Source: an archaeon
Lineage (GTDB): Archaea; SpSt-1190; DYHY01
Assembly (NCBI GenBank): GCA_043803745.1
Contig: JAZDJS010000048.1
Span: forward strand, 10,714 to 74,713
Length of the DNA: 64,000 nucleotides
Direction: 5' to 3'
Shown here: in pieces, positions 37,184-45,569 of the stretch
How the letters are laid out: the number at the start of each line of letters is the position of its first letter
How positions within the stretch are numbered: the first letter of the stretch is position 1
The notes under the pieces: model-generated
What the model was told of the DNA's origin: nothing
Database searches by the model: none
The model's input: only the letters and a program-made list of their open reading frames with translations
Position numbers and translations under genes: made by a program

Positions 37184-37576
37184 ATGGCGAAGAATACCAC
37201 CACTCAAGGAATTGATTTTGAAAAGGAAGAGGCTCAGGCTCAGGCTCAGGGCCTAGTAATGCAAATGCAGGCATACCAGCAGCAGCAGCAGGCCCTTGCA
37301 GCCCAAAAGCAGCAGATTGAGGTCAGCCTTGCCGAGGTTGAATCGGCGATCGAGACCCTGAAGAAAACCTCCGAGGAGATGGTCTATCGGGCAATAGGTC
37401 CCATAATGGTCAGGAAGAAGAAAGAGGATGTTGAAAAGGACCTTGCCGAGCTTGTCGAAACCGCGAAAATCCGCCTCGTTACCGTCAAGCGGCAGGAAGA
37501 GAAGGTAAGGGAAAAGATACGGGAAATCACTGAGAAAATCACCCCCCTTCTGAAGAAGGCCGGATTCGAGGAGTAG
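37184..37576 (+). CDS. pfdB: Prefoldin beta subunit
   Basis: Coiled coils flanking the VYRAIGPIMV hairpin. Confidence 0.93.
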   Translation: MAKNTTTQGIDFEKEEAQAQAQGLVMQMQAYQQQQQALAAQKQQIEVSLAEVESAIETLKKTSEEMVYRAIGPIMVRKKKEDVEKDLAELVETAKIRLVTVKRQEEKVREKIREITEKITPLLKKAGFEE

Positions 37577-37588
37577 AAGCCCGGGGAA

Positions 37589-38569
37589 ATGGCGGAACGC
37601 CCTGCGGAGAAGAACAGGAAAAAGGGGAACCCTGCGAAAATTCTTTCGGGCAGGAAGAACATACTCGTCCTCACACACAAGAACGCGGACCTCGACGCTT
37701 TCGCGTCAGCCGTAATTGTTTCCGATGCTTTCGAGGGGAGAATTGTCGCGCCGGGGGGCGCCGGGAAGCCTGCAAAGGAAGCTGCTGAGAAGCTTGGCAT
37801 TGAGATTCTTTCGGAAATCCCCGAAGGCTCGTTCTCCGCAACCGTTGTCGTCGACTGTTCCTCGGAAAGCCAGATTGAGCCCCTTCTGGCAAGCGCGCTT
37901 CCGAAGCCGCTCGTTGTCTTCGACCATCACCTGCCGAAGGAGGGCGAAGGAAGCCTCCTTGAAATTGCGGAAGGCTATTTCGTTGACGAGCAGCCCTCCT
38001 GCGTTGAGGTCGTCCTCGGTTTCTTTCCGGTCCTTTCGAAGCGCTCCCGCACCGCAGCAATTTCGGGGATTTACGCTGACACGCGCCATCTTGCGCTTGC
38101 AAGGGTCGGGACCCTCCAGAAAATAATCGAACTTTCCCTGGGCGAGGAGGATTTGCTTTCCGAGGGGAAAAACCTCGCGTCGGGAAGGCCGGAATTCTCC
38201 CAGAGGTTTGCCGTGATAAAAAGCCTCCAGAAGCTCAGGTTCGAGCGCCTCGAGGATGAGACGATTCTCGCCACAACGGTTGCGGGAAGCTTCGAGTCGG
38301 TCGCGGCAGGAATGCTTGTTTCAGCGGGGGCGGACATCTCGCTTGTTGCGGTTGCAAAAGAGGGGGAAGTCAGGATTTCCGGGCGCACATCGAACAAAAT
38401 GAAGGACCGGCTCCATCTCGGTCAGCTTTTCCAGAAGCTCGGGGGCGGGGGGCATCCTGGCGCGGCGCTAGCCAACATCCCGGTGAAAAGCAAGAGGCCT
38501 TCCGATTCCGACGTTGAAAACGCGTTATCTTCCGCAGCAAACCTTATAAAGGATTTTTTGGGCTCTTGA
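37589..38569 (+). CDS. DHH/DHHA1 phosphoesterase
   Basis: THKNADLD, VVD, FDHH, GIYADT, GGGGHPGAA. Confidence 0.92.
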   Translation: MAERPAEKNRKKGNPAKILSGRKNILVLTHKNADLDAFASAVIVSDAFEGRIVAPGGAGKPAKEAAEKLGIEILSEIPEGSFSATVVVDCSSESQIEPLLASALPKPLVVFDHHLPKEGEGSLLEIAEGYFVDEQPSCVEVVLGFFPVLSKRSRTAAISGIYADTRHLALARVGTLQKIIELSLGEEDLLSEGKNLASGRPEFSQRFAVIKSLQKLRFERLEDETILATTVAGSFESVAAGMLVSAGADISLVAVAKEGEVRISGRTSNKMKDRLHLGQLFQKLGGGGHPGAALANIPVKSKRPSDSDVENALSSAANLIKDFLGS

Positions 38570-38610
38570 ACGTTCAAAGAAAAGATGACGGAGGTCCAGA
38601 CACGTTCAGA

Positions 38611-39000
38611 ATGGCAGCGCACCCTATTGAAAGCCTTAACCGCACCTCTCCGGCGGCATTGGCAAAAAGCACCCTTGCCGAATACAACCAGGCAATTGGG
38701 ATTCTTTCTGAAATAAGCAAGGATGCCCAGGTTCCAAAAGGCGTGAGGAAGCGGATTGAGGACATCGTAATCAAGCTTGGGGCGGCGGATAGGTCCCTCC
38801 AGGTGAAGATAAACTCCTGCACATACCTTCTTGACGATGTCAGCAACGACCCGAGCCTTCCGCCGCACACCCGGACGTTCATCTGGCAGGTTGCCGGCCT
38901 TTTGGAGGCTACCGGGAAGCGGATTCAGCTTGTGAAGGCGGCCGCCTCTTCGGGGACTGTGTCGGGGACTGTGTCGGGGACTGTGTCGGGGACCAAGTAA
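38611..39000 (+). CDS. UPF0147 family protein with an SGTV-repeat tail
   Basis: D..VPK.VR...LDDVSNDPSLP.HTRT.IW motif; next to sepF as in other archaea. Confidence 0.85.
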   Translation: MAAHPIESLNRTSPAALAKSTLAEYNQAIGILSEISKDAQVPKGVRKRIEDIVIKLGAADRSLQVKINSCTYLLDDVSNDPSLPPHTRTFIWQVAGLLEATGKRIQLVKAAASSGTVSGTVSGTVSGTK

Positions 39001-39113
39001 GAGGGGGTTCCGGGGGGGCTTGGAGCAACCATTCCGGAACCGCACAAGAGCATATGCGGAAAGTATTAAATAACCGTGTTCCCTTGGGTTAGCGAGAAGG
39101 TGTTAGCATCAAG

Positions 39114-39500
39114 ATGGTAATGAAAAGAATCAAGGAATTTTTCAGCAAGGTTTCCCACGGGGGAAAGAATCCTGACCAGCAAAAGGCGCAGCCCGAGAAA
39201 AGGGAAGCGCCCGCCCTGGTCAGAATAGACGTAAAGAACGTTGAAAAGGAACCGCTCGCACTGCAGGTCGTGAAACTCCAGAATTTCTCCGATACAGAGG
39301 GGATCCTCGACTCCCTCCGGGGCGGAAAGCGCATTCTCCTGGTGAAAATCTCAGGGCTCAAGGAAAAGGACATGACCGAGCTCAAGCGCGCGATAAACCG
39401 GTTCAAGACCCATTGCGCGGCAACTGGCGCGGATCTGGCTGCAATTGACGAAAGCTGGATAATTCTCGTTCCTCCCGTCGTTGGTCTTGAGAGAGTCTAG
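39114..39500 (+). CDS. sepF: Cell division protein SepF
   Basis: LR.G..ILLV, ELKRAI, G.DLAAIDE.WIILVP. Confidence 0.85.
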   Translation: MVMKRIKEFFSKVSHGGKNPDQQKAQPEKREAPALVRIDVKNVEKEPLALQVVKLQNFSDTEGILDSLRGGKRILLVKISGLKEKDMTELKRAINRFKTHCAATGADLAAIDESWIILVPPVVGLERV

Positions 39501-39643
39501 ATAGATCCGGGGGGCAGGAAAAGCGTTGTCCTGGCTCGAAAGCCGGATGCTCTGAAGAGCAAACTGGGGGGCGGAGCCCTGCGGTTCCGGACGAAAGCTG
39601 GATAATTCTCGTTCCTCCCGTCGTCGGGCTGGAAAGGGTTTGA
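39447..39643 (+). repeat. Direct duplication of the sepF 3' end (39447-39500 / 39590-39643)
   Basis: 35 identical nt, then synonymous differences; both copies encode DESWIILVPPVVGLERV*. Confidence 0.95.
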
Positions 39644-39704
39644 TATTCAAGCAGCCGCGATTTGAGCGAGATAACTATTTAAGAATGAATAATTACTCGG
39701 CTGC

Positions 39705-40367
39705 ATGGCGGAACTTCGAGTATTGGAAACGACCGACTTGGAAACCTTCCAGAGCTATCTTGAAACTTGGCGCCCGCCGGAGGCGGTGCTTGTAAGCAAC
39801 GGCCCTGATGCTCCGAAAACTGCGGAGTTCATCCAGCAAATTGGCGAAGGCACCCATTTTCTTTTCGCTTACACGGCAGCGCCCGAGGAAAACCTGCTTG
39901 AAGCGCTTTCAGGCAGAGGCGTGCTGTGTGTTGAGGGAAATTTCCTTGTATACGGGGCTGACGAACGCGAGAATGTTTCCGGAACTGCACTGAAAACCCA
40001 TTCAAGGTTCTTCGGAGATTCTCTTGCCATTTACCAGGTCTTCGGGCCTGTCTGCTCTGCTGAGCTTCCTGCAACTGATTGCGATGAGGTTGTTGCCGGG
40101 AACCTGAAATGGCTCGATGCGCTCAAGGTTCGCGGGATAAAAACGGCTGAAACTTTCGGCTGCGGCGGATGCTGCTCACGGGCGGTTGCGCTTGCTGATG
40201 ACGTGGTTTCCTTGATTACCCAGCTTCCTCCGGAATATTCCGGGAACCCTTCCGGCTGGGCGCGCGAGGTTCTTGGCGGGGTGCAGATTCGCCCCGGAAA
40301 ATACGCGGCAAAACAGGTTCCGCAGTATTGCGAGGGCGTTCCGGTCGGCGCGCTGCTCCTGCGATAA
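39705..40367 (+). CDS. Hypothetical protein, paralog of the next gene
   Basis: Shares PPE.VL, LAIYQ.FG and T..P..Y.G.P..W...VL motifs with 40429-41073. Confidence 0.75.
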   Translation: MAELRVLETTDLETFQSYLETWRPPEAVLVSNGPDAPKTAEFIQQIGEGTHFLFAYTAAPEENLLEALSGRGVLCVEGNFLVYGADERENVSGTALKTHSRFFGDSLAIYQVFGPVCSAELPATDCDEVVAGNLKWLDALKVRGIKTAETFGCGGCCSRAVALADDVVSLITQLPPEYSGNPSGWAREVLGGVQIRPGKYAAKQVPQYCEGVPVGALLLR

Positions 40368-40428
40368 GCGCCATTTTTAAATGGTTAAAATGGGAAAGGG
40401 TTATAAGTTTGGCTTGGGCCGCACGGAT

Positions 40429-41073
40429 ATGAAGATACACCTCGTTGATGCCGGTTCAGCTGAGGGATTCAACCAGAAAGTGAGGCAATACAAGCCGCCT
40501 GAAGTTGTTCTTGACGAAAACAGCAATTTGTATTTCGTTGCCGGGAAACCTGGAAAAAGGACGGTTTATTTCGCGCATTCAAGCGAATCCCGCATACGGA
40601 CTGCTGAAGGGACCCCGGCGCACGTTGTTTCGGGCTCCCTGAAAATAGGAAAGTTCGAAAAGGCCCACAGGGCGAACGGACGGACTGTTGTCCTTGAGGG
40701 CGGGGAAGATTTGGCAATCTATCAGTTTTTCGGCCGCCCCGAAACTCCCGAAGGAAAAATCCAGCTTGGCTCGGCTGAATGGGCGCGGGCGATTGGGGAA
40801 CGCGGGCTTTGCGCGTCTGACGCAATAGCATATTCGGCTGGCGAGAAACGGATTGCGGAAATCAACGCTGATAAGAGTTGGTTCTTCCTGACCAGATTTC
40901 CGAGGGACTATCCGGGAGGGCCGAACAAATGGCTGGAGAATGTCTTGAATGTTGAAATTGTGCCTGATGCGATGGGACATGACAACAGGCATCTGAATTA
41001 CCTGGAAGCGCGCGGTCCGATAGGCGTTTATGCGGAAGTTGCGAGAGGAAAAAATCGCGCACAACCTGCCTGA
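40429..41073 (+). CDS. Hypothetical protein, paralog of the previous gene
   Basis: Same shared motifs; own TATA (GAAAGGGTTATAAG at about 40394-40407). Confidence 0.75.
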   Translation: MKIHLVDAGSAEGFNQKVRQYKPPEVVLDENSNLYFVAGKPGKRTVYFAHSSESRIRTAEGTPAHVVSGSLKIGKFEKAHRANGRTVVLEGGEDLAIYQFFGRPETPEGKIQLGSAEWARAIGERGLCASDAIAYSAGEKRIAEINADKSWFFLTRFPRDYPGGPNKWLENVLNVEIVPDAMGHDNRHLNYLEARGPIGVYAEVARGKNRAQPA

Positions 41074-41132
41074 TTGGCTGGCTTTTCGCTCTGAGAAAAC
41101 CTTAAATACCCAAAAAATGCCCGCTTAACCCG

Positions 41133-41348
41133 ATGGCTGTTGATTCAGACAAGCTCACACGATTCGAAAAGGCAAGGGTCCTCGGCGCCCGGGCGCTGCA
41201 GGTTTCCCTTGGCGCACCAGTCCTGATAAAAACGAATGAAATAAACCCCGTCGAGATTGCCCGGCAGGAGCTTGCGAGAAGCGCGATAAAAATTCTCGTG
41301 ATCCGGAAGAATTCGGACGGTTCCGAGGAAACCTTGGAGGCATCCTGA
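41133..41348 (+). CDS. rpoK: RNA polymerase subunit K (Rpo6)
   Basis: LTRFEKARVLGARALQVSLGAP. Confidence 0.97.
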   Translation: MAVDSDKLTRFEKARVLGARALQVSLGAPVLIKTNEINPVEIARQELARSAIKILVIRKNSDGSEETLEAS

Positions 41349-41350
41349 GA

Positions 41351-41722
41351 ATGGGAAAAGTCCGCATCCTTCTGATAAAGCGAATTGCGAGGAAGATGGT
41401 TGAGCAGAGCCCTGAAAAGTTTTCAAGGGATTTCGAGCAGAACAAGAAATCCCTTGCCGATCTCAAGCTCACCCTTCGGCTGCGGAACAGGGTTGCGGGA
41501 TATATCTCAGCCCTCCTTACGCCGTCAAAGCTTCCCAATGCCCTTGGTGAGGAAAAGCCGCTTAGCGAGGAGGAATTCTCCGAAGGGGCTGTTTTCGACC
41601 AGGAAGGCACGCCGGTAAACCAGGAAAAGTCTCCCCAGGAACAGGAAATTGAAGCTGAAGCTAGGGCGTCCGCCAAGGCGTCCGCCAAAGCTGCTGCTGC
41701 GGCGGGGACTGCTGCCAAGTAA
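41351..41722 (+). CDS. rps17e: 30S ribosomal protein S17e with an acidic C-terminal extension
   Basis: MGKVR...IKR, DFEQNK, LRNRVAGYI. Confidence 0.93.
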   Translation: MGKVRILLIKRIARKMVEQSPEKFSRDFEQNKKSLADLKLTLRLRNRVAGYISALLTPSKLPNALGEEKPLSEEEFSEGAVFDQEGTPVNQEKSPQEQEIEAEARASAKASAKAAAAAGTAAK

Positions 41723-41749
41723 GACGGAGCCGCTTTCCCGCTGCAAGGA

Positions 41750-42100
41750 TTATTTCAAGCCGAGTTCGGCCCGCGCGTTTGCAACTGATTCATTTATCGC
41801 CTGGATTGCGCTTGAATAGATTTCGTTCACCCGCGCTTCATATGAGCCGGGCCTTGCATACGGATACGGAAGGTCTGCTTCCGTGACCGCAATAGGTTCG
41901 AAAATTTGCGTCTGCACAACGCTCCTGACCGGGTCGGAGGAAAGCGCAACAGGCCCCGAGCCTGCGGAACCCCCCGAATATTTCGTCCTTTCGGCATATG
42001 CTTTCATTGCCGCTTTCACGTCGCCCCTGCCGCGCCTAGACCCCGACAAAGAGTCAGTTTTGTCAGCGCCTTCAATTCCAAAAAGGTCTTCGCCTCCCAT
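41750..42100 (-). CDS. Hypothetical protein
   Basis: 116-aa ORF filling the gap between known genes. Confidence 0.55.
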   Translation of the reverse strand: MGGEDLFGIEGADKTDSLSGSRRGRGDVKAAMKAYAERTKYSGGSAGSGPVALSSDPVRSVVQTQIFEPIAVTEADLPYPYARPGSYEARVNEIYSSAIQAINESVANARAELGLK

Positions 42101-42435
42101 TTTTCCCTTCAGTCTCCCAAGGGGACTTTTTGATATCCCCCTAAGAAAACATAACTGACCCAGGTCAATTATAGTAATTTAGTTAGACTGTTCAGGGGTA
42201 AGACCTTAAAAGTACAACCAGGAAAAAGAAGCTGAAAATTCAGATTTCAATCTCTTATTGGGTCAATCTGATGTGTTTGCTAGACTATGAAGTTTGTCCG
42301 TGCGTTTCGATTGTTCCAGGTCGAAAAAACTGAATTCCTTCCTCATTCCTGCCAAAGGAGGAATAACAAAAAGGAGGTTTTGGCCCAATTTAAAAACAAA
42401 CAATTATATGTTAGTTGGCCCATATTAGGTAAATT

Positions 42436-42804
42436 ATGGCAGCGACGGATGAAAATGTTTTTGCAGTTCTTGATTACCTGGGGCTTACGACACACAAGGC
42501 CGAATATCAGAAAGTTGCCCAGGCGCTCTCATATATCAAGCGCACGTTCAAGGTCAAGGAAGAATTCAAGCTGAATCAGATAATGAGGCCCCTTGCGGTT
42601 GAGCAGAACAACAGGAAATGGCTCCGGACGCTTCTGTCGAAAATGGTTGAGCGGGGATATCTTTACAGGCCGTCATCGAAGAAATATGCAAAGGCATACG
42701 ACTCTTTCGCAAACTGGCTCTCGGTTGCGCACGGGAAAATAGACCAGATTGAGAACTCCGACCCGCAGCCTGCCGCGGCTGCGCCCCAGCAAGTTGTCCA
42801 ATGA
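42436..42804 (+). CDS. Winged-helix DNA-binding protein
   Basis: LRTLLSKMVERGYL..Y wing pattern. Confidence 0.65.
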   Translation: MAATDENVFAVLDYLGLTTHKAEYQKVAQALSYIKRTFKVKEEFKLNQIMRPLAVEQNNRKWLRTLLSKMVERGYLYRPSSKKYAKAYDSFANWLSVAHGKIDQIENSDPQPAAAAPQQVVQ

Positions 42805-43850
42805 TCATGAAGGCGTGCTGCTTTTTCGCTTCGAACATTGACCGGGATTTCCCCCTTGAAAGAATCTTTTCCGAACTCCCCTCCTCACTCAGGCAGCGCA
42901 TCAACCCTCTTGTCAGGAACGGCGCGGGGGAGGAGATTGTTTTGGACGCGCCCCTTCCGGACTTTTCAGTTAAGGGAACCGACGGGCTTGGCGGGCAGTC
43001 GGGAAACTCCGCAAGAGCCCTCGGAACCCTTGGAGTTGAAACTTTCCTCTCAGTCGGTCGGGGACGGGCTGCGCTTCGCAGGTTCGCGGGAAAAAACGTG
43101 AGAGTGATTGGTCCGGAAGGTGTGCCGCGGATACACGCAATACTCGAGTATGGAAAGGGCTTTCTTGGCGCGCCGAATCCCAACCGGATAATCCTGACCT
43201 ATGACCCCGAGAACACGAAGGGAACTGTTCCGGAAAGCTTTGAAAAAAAAGTCCTGGCTGAAGGGGAGCTCTCCTTCGCGCTCGTCGGGGGGCTCCATCT
43301 TGCGGGGAACTGTTCGAGGGCGATTTCCCTCGCAAAGAAACTCCGCGCCCGCGGAGCATTCACGCATTTCGAATTCAATTCCAAGGAAGGCCTTGACTGG
43401 CGCACCCTGATTGGGCGCACGAAGGGGGCCTTCGATTCTTTCGGCTGCAATTCCGAGGAAGCCGAGAAAATCTGCGGGAAGGATTATTGGAGTCTCCCTG
43501 AGATTGCCGGCGCGGAAATAGCCGTCGTCCATTCGCGTGGAAAAAGCGTCGCAGTTTTCAGGACGGGTTCGCTCAGTCCGAACGAAGTTTCTGCAGCGCT
43601 CTCGTTTGCCGCAAAGCTTGCGGCCGGGAAGGTTTTTTCCGGGAAGGATTGCTCCATCCGGATGCTGGGCTCCCTTGAAAAGGCGGGGAAAATTTCGGCT
43701 GGCGGAAGGGCGCACGTCGCTGAAAGGTCCGGAATTGTCAAAGTCGAGGTTCCCAGCTGGACTGTTTCGGCAAGCGAAAAAACCTCCCTCGGATTGGGTG
43801 ATTCGTTCGCGGCAGGGTTCGTTTATTCTCTGTTCAGTTGCGTGAAATAG
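42801..43850 (+). CDS. ADP-dependent gluco/phosphofructokinase-like sugar kinase (ribokinase fold)
   Basis: SNID, GGQSGN, IHAILEY, PNRIIL, GLHL, HFEF, GCNSEE, SLGLGDSFAAG. Confidence 0.8.
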   Translation: MIMKACCFFASNIDRDFPLERIFSELPSSLRQRINPLVRNGAGEEIVLDAPLPDFSVKGTDGLGGQSGNSARALGTLGVETFLSVGRGRAALRRFAGKNVRVIGPEGVPRIHAILEYGKGFLGAPNPNRIILTYDPENTKGTVPESFEKKVLAEGELSFALVGGLHLAGNCSRAISLAKKLRARGAFTHFEFNSKEGLDWRTLIGRTKGAFDSFGCNSEEAEKICGKDYWSLPEIAGAEIAVVHSRGKSVAVFRTGSLSPNEVSAALSFAAKLAAGKVFSGKDCSIRMLGSLEKAGKISAGGRAHVAERSGIVKVEVPSWTVSASEKTSLGLGDSFAAGFVYSLFSCVK

Positions 43851-44916
43851 GCCCGCCGACAATCTGGTGCTCCGCCCCGGAAACGGTCGTTCCCTCGGAG
43901 ATTTCAGCCCCTTCCGAAACGATGCAATTCTGCAGGGCGCAGCCATCCTCTATTTTCGCGCCGGGAAAGATAAGGCAGTTCTCAAGGAGAGAATTGTCCC
44001 CGACAGTCGCCCCGCCCATCACGTGGTTGTGCTTTTCGAAAACGACGTTCTCGCCGATTTCCGCGCCAGCTTCCACAAGCGTCGGACCCCTTGCAATGAT
44101 TCCCTTGCCGAGCTTCGCACCCTTTGCGAAATATGGCTTTCCGAGGAGCCGCTTCCCGAGCATGAACTCGTTCGCAAGGAAATATCCCTGCGGCTTGCCG
44201 ATGTCAATCCAGAACTCCGGGGAAACGAACCCCCCGAGGTAATGTCCGCGCCCGAGAAGATGCTCCCAAATCTGCCCGAGGTTATCCGGCTTTTCCCCGC
44301 GCGCCCGGAGGGCTGAGACGTACTCCGGCACGTGTCTTGAGAAGAAATCCGGGGAAACGAAGTACATTGCGGTTGAAATAAGGTCGGAGGGGGGTTCCTT
44401 AGGCTTTTCGTGGAACCGGACTATCTTTCCGCCCGGAAGAATTTCGGCAATCCCCATCTGGGAGAGGAGTTCCCGGTGCGGGAACTTGTAAAGACCAATC
44501 GATGCTTCGGCGCCGGTTTCCCTATGGCGCTGGAACATTCCCCGGAAATCGAAATAGGGCGAGAAATTGTCAGCCCCGACAATCAGGGTGTCCTGGTTGA
44601 AATTTGTCTGGCTTGCAATGAACTCAAGCGCTCCGACCGCGCCAAGCTTCTGGTTCTCGTTCCCGGTCTTTTCAACAACGAAGGAGACCTCGTCAAGTCC
44701 GAACTGCTTCCCGCTCCCTATGTGGTTCCTCAGGCGCTCGTGAAAAGTGTCGTTGACTGAAAGCGTCACATCCCTGAAACCGTTCCTGGAAAGGTTCTCA
44801 AGGAGGTAATCTATCGCCGGCTTGCCCAAAATGGGAAGGAGTTCCTTCGGGGTTTTCAGGGTAAGCGGTCGAAGGCGGGTCCCGTAGCCTCCTGCGAGAA
44901 CGAGGACCTGGTTCAT
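43834..44916 (-). CDS. Sugar-phosphate nucleotidyltransferase with a left-handed beta-helix
   Basis: LAGGYGTRLRPLT..PKELL, FHEKP, WIDIG, hexapeptide repeats. Confidence 0.93.
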   Translation of the reverse strand: MNQVLVLAGGYGTRLRPLTLKTPKELLPILGKPAIDYLLENLSRNGFRDVTLSVNDTFHERLRNHIGSGKQFGLDEVSFVVEKTGNENQKLGAVGALEFIASQTNFNQDTLIVGADNFSPYFDFRGMFQRHRETGAEASIGLYKFPHRELLSQMGIAEILPGGKIVRFHEKPKEPPSDLISTAMYFVSPDFFSRHVPEYVSALRARGEKPDNLGQIWEHLLGRGHYLGGFVSPEFWIDIGKPQGYFLANEFMLGKRLLGKPYFAKGAKLGKGIIARGPTLVEAGAEIGENVVFEKHNHVMGGATVGDNSLLENCLIFPGAKIEDGCALQNCIVSEGAEISEGTTVSGAEHQIVGGPISRN

Positions 44917-45025
44917 CCAGTTAACGTAATACACTGTAATATAAACTTTCTTCTTGGCCCTTGAAAGGGCTTTCCAGCAGTTTCAATTGATGGGGGATAA
45001 ATAAAAGATTGACGTGAGCGCTTGG

Positions 45026-45490
45026 ATGCCCTCGGAACCGTCCTCGGAACCGTCCTCGGAACCTCAGAAAGAAGTGCTCCTAATTTACTCGGTGAACGGG
45101 AACGAAATCGGGAAAATGCTCGCAAGCGAAGAGGGCGTTGTTGTTGATTTCGGCGGCGAGCAGAAGCTGGAATTCCCGCGCCGGGAAGTAAAGGCCGCGA
45201 ACGCAATGCGCGTCGGAAGGATAGGGCTTGACAGCTACGTGATGCGGATATTCATCTCAACGGTCCTTGCAGCAAAGCTCAGGAAGGAGTTCTCGGAAAT
45301 AAAACTCGTCAATCCCGAAGGGATTCCATACCCTCCGGCATTCTCCGGGACAATTACAGGGGAATACGCAGAATTCTTCATATCATCCAAGGATGTCTTC
45401 GGCGTGAATGCGCGGGGCGCCCCGGCCGCAAGAGCTTTCATGAACGTTGTCAACGGAACGAGCCCGGAAAGGCTGAGATTACCTGAATAG
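45026..45490 (+). CDS. Hypothetical protein
   Basis: About 154 aa with PSSE repeats at the N-terminus; TATA-like element upstream. Confidence 0.6.
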   Translation: MPSEPSSEPSSEPQKEVLLIYSVNGNEIGKMLASEEGVVVDFGGEQKLEFPRREVKAANAMRVGRIGLDSYVMRIFISTVLAAKLRKEFSEIKLVNPEGIPYPPAFSGTITGEYAEFFISSKDVFGVNARGAPAARAFMNVVNGTSPERLRLPE

Positions 45491-45569
45491 GCAACCGAAG
45501 TCTCTGGAGTGAAGCGGAGCAAAATCCAACGAAATCGGAAAACTTAAAATGTTGTGGTGTAGGGAAAAG

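Noticed and set aside
39530-39603. Hammerhead-like core CTGAAGAG...CGAAA in the sepF spacer
   Set aside because: A stem III can be drawn, but stems I and II do not pair next to the core.
39447-39643. DGR template/variable repeat pair
   Set aside because: Mismatches are not adenine-specific, all are synonymous, and there is no reverse transcriptase in the window.
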